From assembly GCA_963664815.2 (NCBI GenBank), contig CAXXHB010000002.1, positions 1 to 64,000 on the forward strand: a DNA stretch of 64,000 nucleotides, read 5' to 3'. Below are positions 21,961 through 31,322 of this stretch, piece after piece (positions within the stretch are counted from its first letter, which is position 1; each line of letters begins with the position of its first letter). This DNA comes from Spirochaetota bacterium (GTDB lineage Bacteria > Spirochaetota > UBA4802 > UBA5550). Under the pieces are notes generated by a model that was not told the DNA's origin, made no database searches, and saw only the letters and a list, made by a program, of their open reading frames with translations. The position numbers and the translations under genes are program-made.

Positions 21961-23479
21961 GCAATATTTTATTACGCTTAAGTATCCTGTATTTTCCGTC
22001 AATTATTGCTGCAACAGAATACTGCGGATCGACAAATGCCCTGAATTTATCATAATATTCCTTATGTACACCCTCTCTCTCTCCGTCTGATGGTTCTACA
22101 TCAGTTCTTCCAAAATTCAAGGTATAATCTACAATGTAATCAGGAGGGTTATTTGTAAATTCTGAAAGAAACCGCTTCCACATGAAAGCAGTATCTTTAT
22201 ATTTATTATCTCTCCATAACCGTGATTTATCAAGATCCTCTCTTATAGAAAAAATCGACGTCTTTGATTTTTTCCTCTTTGTTTCATAATAAATCTCAAA
22301 ACCTTCATCCCACACATATATTGTTTTATCATCTGAAACATTTGTGACAATCCATGAGCGCAGATTTGCACGTACATTAAATGATCTGTCACAAGGGTGT
22401 TTCCATCCATTTATATTAACAACAACCAATGATACAATAATAAAAATTGACATGCTGCTCACAATAGCAGTTCGTGCTTTACCTTTCATATTGTTAATGC
22501 CATAAACGACGGCAAAAAATATTCCAGGTAAAAAATAAAGGTAATAACGTGGATTTGGCTTATTCATTACCATTTTACACATTGCGCCGGTAAAAAAAAC
22601 CGCAATAACAAAAAATGCAAAATTACTCTGCTTATAAACTTTTGTTTTTATAATTTTGTAAATACTATAAAAGCTGATGGCAAAAAACGGTATCCACTGC
22701 CATGTAAGAACAAATCCGTAAAAGAAATGACCAACTTTTTTATACCATGGTTTATATCCAGCATAAATTGAAGCCCACCTGATGTTCCAGAAAAACCAAT
22801 CCCCCAAAGCATTATGACCTGCAAAGTAAACTGCCATTATTCCCAGTGGAATTATAAAACCAGCAAAAGCGGCAAGACATTCAGTTATTATCTTTTTAAA
22901 ATCATACTCATTATTTTTCATCGAAAGTAGAGGAACTATCAAAGAATAAAAAATAACATTTGTACTTATCAATGTTGCACAAGCAGTAAAAAATCCAAAA
23001 AGGGCATAAGATTTCAATGAAGGTTTGAAATTGTTCTCTGTTAAAAAATAAAATCCCGCAAAACATGGAAGCAGATATGTCAGTGGAATATTATGAGGCC
23101 AGAATTCAATACTAATCGAAATCATTATAAGGAATAAAACAGCACACAAAATTCCTTTTACAGTATCAAAAATCCTTTCAAATATCATAAAAACAAAATA
23201 GGCTGTAAAAGACTGAATAATAATAATGCAAATTTTAATTGTAAGATACATATTATCATATCCAAAAAAACGCGCCATCCAGTAAAATTCGAGATATCCT
23301 AGAGGTGGATGACTGCACCCGAAATCCCGGTATAAGACCCCGCCATCGAGCATGGTTCTTGCAAATTCAATATAATAAAAAAGATCAACCCGCCAGATTG
23401 TGGAAGCAGCCAGATATGTAATTTTTAAAATGAGACCAACCAGTATAATAATAACAAGTGCTATAAAATTCTTTTTCAT
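21956..23479 (-). CDS. Polytopic membrane glycosyltransferase (GT-C fold; ArnT/PMT-like)
   Basis: Many TM helices, N-terminal D..YY...LYRD..HPPL loop and a soluble C-terminal domain (PPDYIVD). Confidence 0.7.
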   Translation of the reverse strand: MKKNFIALVIIILVGLILKITYLAASTIWRVDLFYYIEFARTMLDGGVLYRDFGCSHPPLGYLEFYWMARFFGYDNMYLTIKICIIIIQSFTAYFVFMIFERIFDTVKGILCAVLFLIMISISIEFWPHNIPLTYLLPCFAGFYFLTENNFKPSLKSYALFGFFTACATLISTNVIFYSLIVPLLSMKNNEYDFKKIITECLAAFAGFIIPLGIMAVYFAGHNALGDWFFWNIRWASIYAGYKPWYKKVGHFFYGFVLTWQWIPFFAISFYSIYKIIKTKVYKQSNFAFFVIAVFFTGAMCKMVMNKPNPRYYLYFLPGIFFAVVYGINNMKGKARTAIVSSMSIFIIVSLVVVNINGWKHPCDRSFNVRANLRSWIVTNVSDDKTIYVWDEGFEIYYETKRKKSKTSIFSIREDLDKSRLWRDNKYKDTAFMWKRFLSEFTNNPPDYIVDYTLNFGRTDVEPSDGEREGVHKEYYDKFRAFVDPQYSVAAIIDGKYRILKRNKILL

Positions 23480-23616
23480 TTTTTACCTCAACAAAGGTTT
23501 TGATTAATTTTAATCAACTATTCAACAGTCAGAGATCTATTTTTCCCAATGGTAATTAACATTTAACTATATGGACAAAATAAAATTTCTGAAAAGACGT
23601 GGAAAATATTTTTATG

Positions 23617-23706
23617 CGGAAGGGGCAGGAAACGAACCTGCCGCTGCAATAAATTACAGCCAACGGTTTTGAAGACCGCGGAGACCACCAGATCCCATCC
23701 TCTTCC
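23617..23706 (-). tRNA. selC: tRNA-Sec (anticodon UCA)
   Basis: Minus strand folds as GGAAG(A)GG/CCCTTCC acceptor, 6-bp D-stem with TGGT loop, anticodon loop CTTCAAA, long variable arm, GCAGG-TTCGTTT-CCTGC T-arm and G discriminator. selA/selB lie ~5 kb away. Confidence 0.93.
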
Positions 23707-23842
23707 TTCGTGTTTTGCTAAAAAATACCCTGAAGATCACAATAATTATTTATTATCTTTAACAGTTATAAATTCATATCTGTATACTTAGCTTTTGCAA
23801 TGAAAAATAGAATGCAAAGCATTGCGTAACTTTAAAATTTTT

Positions 23843-24673
23843 TTACTTCTTTAATGTTGCAACTCTTGGAAAGCCTGCATAATCATTTAGAATTGAAACT
23901 TTAAAACCGCACATTTCACCTTTATGTTGTACAAAAGCATGCTGATCACTTCCGATCTCAAGAAGGAGAATACCATTATCTTCGAGAAATTCAACTGATT
24001 CTTCAATAATTTTTTCTATAATATTCCTCCCCTGGTTACCGGTGAAGAGAGCTATTTCCGGCTCATAATCAATTTCTCTCTGCAGTTTTCCCTTTAACTT
24101 ATCATCTACATATGGAGGATTTGAAACGATAAGGTTAAATTTTTCTCCCTTAAAAGGATTAAAAAGATCCCCCTGGAAAAGATTTACTTTTTTCTGCCCG
24201 AGAATTCTCTGCGCATTTTTCCTGGCAACTTTTAATGCTTTATCAGAAATATCCGAAGCGTAAACTTCAAGATCAGGGCGGGAATGTTTCAATACAATTG
24301 CAATAGCCCCCGAACCAGTGCAAAGATCAAGAACTCTTCCACCCTGTCCTCCCCAGTAAATTGCCATATCAACCAAAAGCTCAGTTTCTGGACGAGGTAT
24401 CAGAACATCTTTATTTACAATAAATTCAATAGAGTAGAATTCCTTGATCCCGGTAATATAAGCAACGGGTTCAAATTTCAATCGTCTTGCTGCCAGTTTC
24501 TCAATTGTGTATATTTCATCTCTAGTAAGAAGCCTGTCATTATCTGTAATAAGCTTATACCTTTCAATTTCCAGGACAGATGAAACAAGAATCTCCGCAT
24601 CGAGTGCTGAAGTTATAATCTCGCCCTCTTTAAAGCGGAGTGTAAGATTTTTAACAAGTTCACCTAATAGCAA
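23843..24673 (-). CDS. prmC: Release factor glutamine methyltransferase
   Basis: VLIPRPETE, DLCTGSG and SNPPY; directly downstream of prfA. Confidence 0.96.
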   Translation of the reverse strand: MLLGELVKNLTLRFKEGEIITSALDAEILVSSVLEIERYKLITDNDRLLTRDEIYTIEKLAARRLKFEPVAYITGIKEFYSIEFIVNKDVLIPRPETELLVDMAIYWGGQGGRVLDLCTGSGAIAIVLKHSRPDLEVYASDISDKALKVARKNAQRILGQKKVNLFQGDLFNPFKGEKFNLIVSNPPYVDDKLKGKLQREIDYEPEIALFTGNQGRNIIEKIIEESVEFLEDNGILLLEIGSDQHAFVQHKGEMCGFKVSILNDYAGFPRVATLKK

Positions 24674-24686
24674 AACCGGTATCCCT

Positions 24687-25754
24687 TTATTTTAAATTTT
24701 TCAGCAATGATTCATTTTCAAATTTTCGCAGGGCTTCAACAACATCATCCATATCTCCTTCCATAATCTTTTCCAGCGAATATAATGTAAGCCCTATTCT
24801 ATGATCAGTCATCCTCGACTGAGGATAATTGTATGTCCTGATACGTTCGCTTCTGTCTCCGGAACCAATCTGCGATTTCCTCATTTCAGATTCTTTCGCC
24901 TGTTTTTCGTTATTCATTTTTTCAAGTAGTCTGGCGCTTAATACCCTTAATGCTTTAGCTTTGTTTTTTATCTGAGATTTCTCATCCTGACATGTGACTA
25001 CCATACCTGTCGGGATGTGAGTAATCCTGACAGCGGAATCTGTGGTATTAACAGATTGCCCCCCATGCCCGGACGATCTGTATACATCTGTTCTGATATC
25101 ATTTGGATCTATTACAAGCTCATCCTCTTCAGCTTCAGGAAGAACAGCCACTGTTACAGCTGAAGTATGAATCCTCCCCTGTGCCTCAGTTTCGGGGACT
25201 CTCTGTACTCTGTGAACCCCGGACTCATATTTAAAAATGTCATATGCTTCAGTACTTTTTATAGAAAAGGATACTTCCTTGAATCCACCTATTTCGTTGG
25301 TATTGACCTCAAGAAATTCAATCTTCCACCCTTTAGTTTCAGCATACCTTGTGTACATTCTGAAAAGGTCAGCGGCAAACAGTGCGGCTTCATCACCACC
25401 AGTACCAGCTCTTATCTCTATAATTATATCTTTGCCTGAATCAGGATCTTTTGGAAGAAGCATCAGAAGCAATTTGTCGTTAAGTTCGTTTATTTTCACT
25501 TCGAGATCAGAAATCTCCATTATAAGCATCTCTTTCATCTCGGGATCCTGCTCTGATTTTATGATCTCTTTACTGTCTGCAAGATCTTTTACATATTTCA
25601 TGTATTCATTTATTTTATTTACAACCGGTGATAACTGAGAATGCTCCTTATTGAGCTCTCTAAAAATTTTCTGGTCAGCAATAACCTCGGGATCACTCAG
25701 CTGTTTTTCTATTTCTTCATATCTGTACTTTATTTCATTCAGCTTTGAATCCAT
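24687..25754 (-). CDS. prfA: Peptide chain release factor 1
   Basis: GGQ motif, RF1 PxT tripeptide (VPETE) and [11 protein letters not shown]. Confidence 0.97.
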   Translation of the reverse strand: MDSKLNEIKYRYEEIEKQLSDPEVIADQKIFRELNKEHSQLSPVVNKINEYMKYVKDLADSKEIIKSEQDPEMKEMLIMEISDLEVKINELNDKLLLMLLPKDPDSGKDIIIEIRAGTGGDEAALFAADLFRMYTRYAETKGWKIEFLEVNTNEIGGFKEVSFSIKSTEAYDIFKYESGVHRVQRVPETEAQGRIHTSAVTVAVLPEAEEDELVIDPNDIRTDVYRSSGHGGQSVNTTDSAVRITHIPTGMVVTCQDEKSQIKNKAKALRVLSARLLEKMNNEKQAKESEMRKSQIGSGDRSERIRTYNYPQSRMTDHRIGLTLYSLEKIMEGDMDDVVEALRKFENESLLKNLK

Positions 25755-25777
25755 ACCTTCCCTCTGGATAAAAAAAT

Positions 25778-25794
25778 AAGCGGATAATCCGCTT
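25778..25794 (-). terminator. Rho-independent terminator-like hairpin after tRNA-Arg
   Basis: AAGCGGAT-T-ATCCGCTT followed by ATTTTTTT on the minus strand. Confidence 0.65.
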
Positions 25795-25824
25795 TATTTC
25801 TTAAATTTAAAACTATTTTATTTT

Positions 25825-25898
25825 CGCTCCCGGGAGGACTCGAACCACCGACACACGGTTTAGGAAACCGCTGCTCTATCCACCTGAGCTACGGGAGC
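25825..25898 (-). tRNA. tRNA-Arg (anticodon CCU)
   Basis: GCTCCCG/CGGGAGC acceptor, GCTC D-arm, anticodon loop TTCCTAA and GGTTCGAGTCC T-loop; CCA not encoded. Confidence 0.95.
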
Positions 25899-25911
25899 AA
25901 ATAGTATATCC

Positions 25912-26559
25912 TTATGAGTATAGATTTTTTCTTCTTGAAGCTATTACCCGTTGAAAATCCCGGATATTCTTCACAACAATCCTGTCCTCATAGAGGTCAA
26001 TCTTGTCTACACGGGTTAAATGTGTCAATTCTTTTTGCGCATCAGCCTCAGCCATTCCAGCCCAGCTTGCGACCTGCTGTGCCGTTGTATAAAGAGTAAT
26101 TTCACCCTCCATATCAAATTGAGGATTCTGTTCAGCAAGCATAATCAGAACATCCATAACCTTGACTGCAGGCTCTTCAAGAAGAAGTATCATAAGCCTT
26201 CTTTTTGCATCATAAATCCTCTTTGAAAATATAAGCAGAAGTTTATATGCCAGCTGGGGATTTCCCTGTAAAAGCATATCAAAATTATCTCTGTGAAACT
26301 TTAAAACTCTTACATTATCAATCGCTATTACTGTAGCAGACCGCGGTTCTTCTTCCAGAATTGACATCTCTCCAAAAACATCACCAGGGCCAAGTACATC
26401 GACCGTTTTTTCTCTGTCATTAATAATCTTGGAAATTCTTACTCTTCCCTTCTGAATAAAATAAAATTCATACCCCGGTTCAAATTCACAAAAAATAATC
26501 TGATTGGGTGTGTATTCAGCTCCGAATCTTCCAAAAAATTTTTCATCAAGTTCAAGCAT
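25912..26559 (-). CDS. Crp/Fnr-family cNMP-binding regulator
   Basis: Canonical phosphate-binding cassette FGEMSILEEEPRSATV and an HTH-like C-terminal region. Confidence 0.88.
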   Translation of the reverse strand: MLELDEKFFGRFGAEYTPNQIIFCEFEPGYEFYFIQKGRVRISKIINDREKTVDVLGPGDVFGEMSILEEEPRSATVIAIDNVRVLKFHRDNFDMLLQGNPQLAYKLLLIFSKRIYDAKRRLMILLLEEPAVKVMDVLIMLAEQNPQFDMEGEITLYTTAQQVASWAGMAEADAQKELTHLTRVDKIDLYEDRIVVKNIRDFQRVIASRRKNLYS

Positions 26560-26568
26560 AAATACCCC

Positions 26569-27795
26569 CTAACTCTTTTGCAAAGCCCTTATTTTATCTA
26601 ATGCCTTCGAGTTCAGGGAATCTTTTGGAGAGGCATTGGCTACTTTGTTAAAATATGTTATTGCTTTATCTTTCTGACCTGCAACTGTAAAAATATCTCC
26701 TATATACATCAGTGATTCTTTTAATCTTTCCGAATCTGTATAGTTTTTTGATATCTCGGCAAATTGGTTCATTGCATCCTTATATTTTTTTAAATTAAAA
26801 GAACATATACCTGAATAAAAATAGGCATCAACAAGTATCTTTTTATCCGAAGATTTTTCCGGAATCCCTTCATTAATTATTTCTAAAAATACATCAAGAG
26901 CATCCTTATAATTATCCATTTTAAAGCTTGAAAATCCATCTTCAAATCTATCCTTCAATGTTGGTTCCGATTTTGATGCAGGCTTACTGTCAAATTCAAA
27001 ATCGCCAAAATCATCAATCGGATTATCATCAGAAAGAAAATCATCCATTTCACTCGACAAAGCCGAAGATACCGCAGACTCTTGAGGATCTGAATCAAAA
27101 CTGAAATCCTGTTTTACCTCTTTTTTTGGAGCAGGAGTATCATCGAAACTGAAAACATCATCAGAATCTTCATCCATTGAAAAATCAGTAATATCATCAT
27201 TTTTTGAAGCTTTAACTGGTTGTTTAACCGGAGGAAGTGGAGCTCCACCAGAGCTTATTGTTTTAATTCTATCCATTGCAAGCTTGGAATAATCAGTATC
27301 AGGATAATATTCCATATATTTTTTAAAGGCATATGTTGCCTTATTGAAATCTCCGGCTTTAAAATAATGTTCTCCAATTCTGAAAAGCTCAACTTCCGGA
27401 TTAACATTATCACTTTCGCCAAGAATTGTTCTCACAGTTCTATTAATTCTTCGAAGCTGATTACTGAATACGCGGAGCATCTTCCTTACGACATTAACAT
27501 TTTTGAGAATCATTCTTTCAAAATCAGCCATGTTGAGAACAAGTATTGATGTTTCTCCAATTGTCTGGGCAGTCTCTTCCCTGGGATATTTTCCAAGAGC
27601 GGATTTTACTCCAAAGAATTCACCCTGTCGGACTTCTTCCTTGATTTCCTCCCCGGTATCAATTTTTGTATATGTCAGGAGAACTCTTCCAGACTTCAAA
27701 ATATAGATATACTCACTTTTATCCCCTTCAAAATAAATAATTGAACCGGACTTATAGCCTCTTGTAATTATACCACTCTGAAATCCGCTAGCCAT
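26569..27795 (-). CDS. cNMP-binding domain protein with TPRs and acidic linker
   Basis: IIYFEGD...YILKSG...FFGVKSALGKYPREETA, TPR-like repeats and an Asp/Phe-rich linker. Confidence 0.82.
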   Translation of the reverse strand: MASGFQSGIITRGYKSGSIIYFEGDKSEYIYILKSGRVLLTYTKIDTGEEIKEEVRQGEFFGVKSALGKYPREETAQTIGETSILVLNMADFERMILKNVNVVRKMLRVFSNQLRRINRTVRTILGESDNVNPEVELFRIGEHYFKAGDFNKATYAFKKYMEYYPDTDYSKLAMDRIKTISSGGAPLPPVKQPVKASKNDDITDFSMDEDSDDVFSFDDTPAPKKEVKQDFSFDSDPQESAVSSALSSEMDDFLSDDNPIDDFGDFEFDSKPASKSEPTLKDRFEDGFSSFKMDNYKDALDVFLEIINEGIPEKSSDKKILVDAYFYSGICSFNLKKYKDAMNQFAEISKNYTDSERLKESLMYIGDIFTVAGQKDKAITYFNKVANASPKDSLNSKALDKIRALQKS

Positions 27796-27813
27796 TATTA
27801 CTCCTTCTATTAA

Positions 27814-29034
27814 TTAAAAATCAACAGGCATAAATGGATATTCCTTTTTAAAACCTACAGCTCTACTTATCCGTCGTAAAAGACCTGTAAGATCTCCAAT
27901 AATAATCTTTTCCTTACCGGAAAGAACTATTTTCTGGTACTTAACACCAAGGGAATCAAACAATGGAGCAAACTCCATATCTCCGTAAGAAGGCATACCA
28001 TTAATTACAACAAGCATAATATCCTTCAATTCCGCAGAAACTACTGAGTTAATATATGAACCTCCCCTGTCTCTTACTACAACAAGATCGGCAATATTTC
28101 CTTCTTTTAAATCTCCCGAATCATGAAGCTTAAAGGCTTTAGCAGGATTAATAGTAACCATTTTATAGATTATTTCGTCACTTAGTTCTTCACCATAAAG
28201 CTTTTTATAAAGATTTCTGTCAAAATGCATTTCATAAAGAAGATTCTCTCCTCCTGACATCGGAGAGTCTGTCCCGATACATATATTAATTTTCTTTTCA
28301 AGCATCATTTTTATATTGGCTGTTTTGTTATACATGAACATATTGGAATCGCCACACCATACTACCGATGCGCCTTTTTTCTTGACCAGGTCCATATCGC
28401 TCTCTGAAAAAGCCAGGCAATGAACAAGTACCGAATGATCACCAAGTCCACCTTTTTTATCCAATGTTATAATATCCAGTAAAGTCTCTTTATCAAAGCC
28501 TTCTGAACAATGTGTTATGAAAGGGATATCAAGTTCCAGAGCTTTCCTGTATTCCTTGTCTATGTCATCCCCCCAGTTGAGGGCAAATGAGTTTACTGAA
28601 TGTGCAAGAGTATAATCTCTGATAGCCTTCACGGGAAGGATATCATAAAAAGGTTCAGCTACAAAATGAGGCATATGATCAGATACTGTTGTCACTCCCG
28701 AAATAAGGTTCTTGTATGCCGCAAGCAGATAAAGATCCCGGTTTTCAATTTGTGATCTTTCCTGGTAAAGAGGTGAGCTTTTAAGATCATTGTCCCATGG
28801 CAACCAGTTTTCATAAGGACCATTTCCCACTTTTGGATAATAATTACCCAGAAGATGATCATGTGAGTTAATTAATCCTGCAGAAATGACACCACCTGCA
28901 TTAAAAGCTATATGGCTTCCCACATCTTTATTCGATACAGTTGAAATTCTGCCATTTTCAATTAATATATTTACTTTATCAGTAGTTTTATCAGGATTAA
29001 GAACAGCCATTCCTGAAATTACCCACTTTTTCAT
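27814..29034 (-). CDS. Amidohydrolase-superfamily metal-dependent deaminase (MTA/SAH/cytosine deaminase-like)
   Basis: GLINSHDH (HxH), THCSEG (HxxE), VHC, GTDSP and ADLVV motifs. Confidence 0.85.
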   Translation of the reverse strand: MKKWVISGMAVLNPDKTTDKVNILIENGRISTVSNKDVGSHIAFNAGGVISAGLINSHDHLLGNYYPKVGNGPYENWLPWDNDLKSSPLYQERSQIENRDLYLLAAYKNLISGVTTVSDHMPHFVAEPFYDILPVKAIRDYTLAHSVNSFALNWGDDIDKEYRKALELDIPFITHCSEGFDKETLLDIITLDKKGGLGDHSVLVHCLAFSESDMDLVKKKGASVVWCGDSNMFMYNKTANIKMMLEKKINICIGTDSPMSGGENLLYEMHFDRNLYKKLYGEELSDEIIYKMVTINPAKAFKLHDSGDLKEGNIADLVVVRDRGGSYINSVVSAELKDIMLVVINGMPSYGDMEFAPLFDSLGVKYQKIVLSGKEKIIIGDLTGLLRRISRAVGFKKEYPFMPVDF

Positions 29035-29372
29035 TCTAAATTCCTTCTTTTATTTTGATATTATAAGTATAATTTTCTTAAATCTATAATTCTCTGCGAC
29101 AGATTAAAAAAGCTATTTAATCAATTCGTCGATATACTTCATTAACCTTCAGCACTGGTAAAAATATTCTATCTTCTGTATCTTCCACCTTTCTGATTTG
29201 ACCATCTTTTAAACAAAATGAACTTTATAAAAACCGTTTAACAGAATTTATTTTACATATTTGCTATAAAACTATTATTTAAAAAATAAATATAACCTAG
29301 AAAATAGGATACGTGAAACTTCAAGTCAAGCAAAATAAAATAGTCGTTTTTTTTACAGCAGGAATGCCGAAT

Positions 29373-30275
29373 TTATCCTCTCTTAGGAAGATAATTAATT
29401 GGATTTTCCGGTTTGCCTGCACGGTCAATCTGGAAATGGAGAGTCATATCATCACTAATATTTCCAATTCTTCCCCCTTTTTTCACAGTATCTCCTTTTT
29501 TTACATCAACTTCCATAAGATTTGAGTATACAGTAATATACTTTCCATCATGCCCAACTACAATATATTTCCCATACCCACGCATATAACCTACTTTTTT
29601 TACTACACCATTCTCGGATGCTATCACTTCACTTCCCGGATTTCCTTTAATTATTAATCCTATTGATTTAACACCATCTTTCCCATCTCTGCTGTATCCT
29701 TTTATTTTTTTTAATGGCCATAAAAATACTGGTTTTGCTGATTCTACACTTTTCTTTATTGAATCACTGGTGTATTTTTTATTTTCGGAGTTCTTTAATG
29801 GAATTCTGAGTTTCATTCCCTTGAAAATTTTTGACTCTTTATTGAAATCATTTGTATCCTGAATTCTTTTTATACTTATTCCCGACCTTTTTGCAATGCT
29901 GAACAGAGTATCCCCTTTTTTAACAATGTAATAAACATATTCTCGGGAATGTTTTCCCGAAGAATTACCATCTTTAGCTATTGAACCTCTGACAGTTTGA
30001 TCTCTCCTGATATCCTTCTCAACCAAATCCTCATCATCTTCATTCCACTGTGATTTTTTTATATTATATGATATTATGTCACAATCAGGCTCTGCCACAT
30101 TCTTTTTATAATTCGCTTTATAAATTTTTACATCCCTGTCCGCATCTTCTCCGTAAACCTTGTTTTTCTTTTCTGAGTAAGCTGCCGTATAAAAAAACAG
30201 GCATATTAAAAGAGCAGCGGATAATAAACAGGATCGTGGTCTAACCATCACCTTTTTTACTCCAAACTGTCTCAA
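29373..30275 (-). CDS. LysM + M23/LytM domain protein (NlpD-like)
   Basis: LysM YIVKKGDTLFSIA and M23 fold (GYGKYIVV.H, VKKGDTVKKG, LHFQI); exact start uncertain. Confidence 0.85.
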   Translation of the reverse strand: MRQFGVKKVMVRPRSCLLSAALLICLFFYTAAYSEKKNKVYGEDADRDVKIYKANYKKNVAEPDCDIISYNIKKSQWNEDDEDLVEKDIRRDQTVRGSIAKDGNSSGKHSREYVYYIVKKGDTLFSIAKRSGISIKRIQDTNDFNKESKIFKGMKLRIPLKNSENKKYTSDSIKKSVESAKPVFLWPLKKIKGYSRDGKDGVKSIGLIIKGNPGSEVIASENGVVKKVGYMRGYGKYIVVGHDGKYITVYSNLMEVDVKKGDTVKKGGRIGNISDDMTLHFQIDRAGKPENPINYLPKRG

Positions 30276-30648
30276 ATGAACATATTAACCCTTAATCATA
30301 TTATCGTTTTATAAACCTTTATAGTTTAGCAAAAAAAAAAAAATAAAATAAAAAAATGTATGAACATAATTACAAAATATAGATCTCGAATATGATAAAA
30401 TTCATTTTGTATTGAACTAAGGAAGCCTGCATCTCAATACATTATATATAAACGGTGCTGATCTTTATCTCTGTAAAAACTTGAGTCATTGCAACTAACC
30501 GATATAGATAACTTAAAAAATTTCACATTTATTTTATTAAAAAGAAGAGGTTTAGTAATGCAGTAACTTGAGGCTTTTTTAAGAAATAAAAAAGACTTTA
30601 AAATAAAGATTGAGCCTTACCAGAATTTAATCCTTAATAATAAACAGA

Positions 30649-31077
30649 TTAAACATCCAGATCTGTTTCTGTAGAGGCTATGACAAACTTCCCATGTTTT
30701 ACATTTTTTATTGATAATATCATATCGGCAAGTGATTTCAAATGCCCGGCCTGCCCTTTAAGGATCAGAACTTCAAGGCAATTATGCGAATCAAGATGAA
30801 TATGAGTAGTTGATACAATATTCTGAAAATAATCATGCTGCACATGATTTAGTTTATCTGAAATTTCTCCATGGTGGTGATTATATATTATTGTTAATGT
30901 GCCGAATGACTCCGCTTCAGGATTTTCTATCTGCTGTGCTACAAGCACATTCCTGATAAGATCCCTGATAGCCTCCGACCTGTTAACATAGCCTTTATCT
31001 GTAATATATGAATCAAATTTTGTAAGAAGTTTCTCTTCAATGGAAACTCCGAATCTTACAATATTCTTATCAATCAT
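30649..31077 (-). CDS. nikR: Nickel-responsive transcriptional regulator
   Basis: RFGVSI ribbon-helix-helix, NRSEAIRDLIR and Ni ligands HIHLD.HNCLEV; ATG at 31077 with GGAGAG RBS. Confidence 0.95.
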   Translation of the reverse strand: MIDKNIVRFGVSIEEKLLTKFDSYITDKGYVNRSEAIRDLIRNVLVAQQIENPEAESFGTLTIIYNHHHGEISDKLNHVQHDYFQNIVSTTHIHLDSHNCLEVLILKGQAGHLKSLADMILSIKNVKHGKFVIASTETDLDV

Positions 31078-31322
31078 AAACACTCTCCAGTTCAAAAAGT
31101 AAAATAAATAACGAAACATCTCAAACCCAAGACACCCACTAATTATTGAAAAAGGACGCAGGTAAACATACTCTATCCCTTGTAATAGAATTCATTCAAG
31201 CAATTTAATATAGAGATTATATAAAAAAACAAAAGTTCTATTCATCACATTATGTCACTAATAAATTATTGACTTTTAAAATGTATTAATATTTTTAAAA
31301 TGATCAATAAAAAGATAACAGT

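Noticed and set aside
31078-31200. Moderately GC-rich leader upstream of nikR (GGACGCA resembles part of a c-di-GMP-I riboswitch)
   Set aside because: The other conserved elements and stems are missing, and I found no GTATGA-N16-TCATAC NikR operator.
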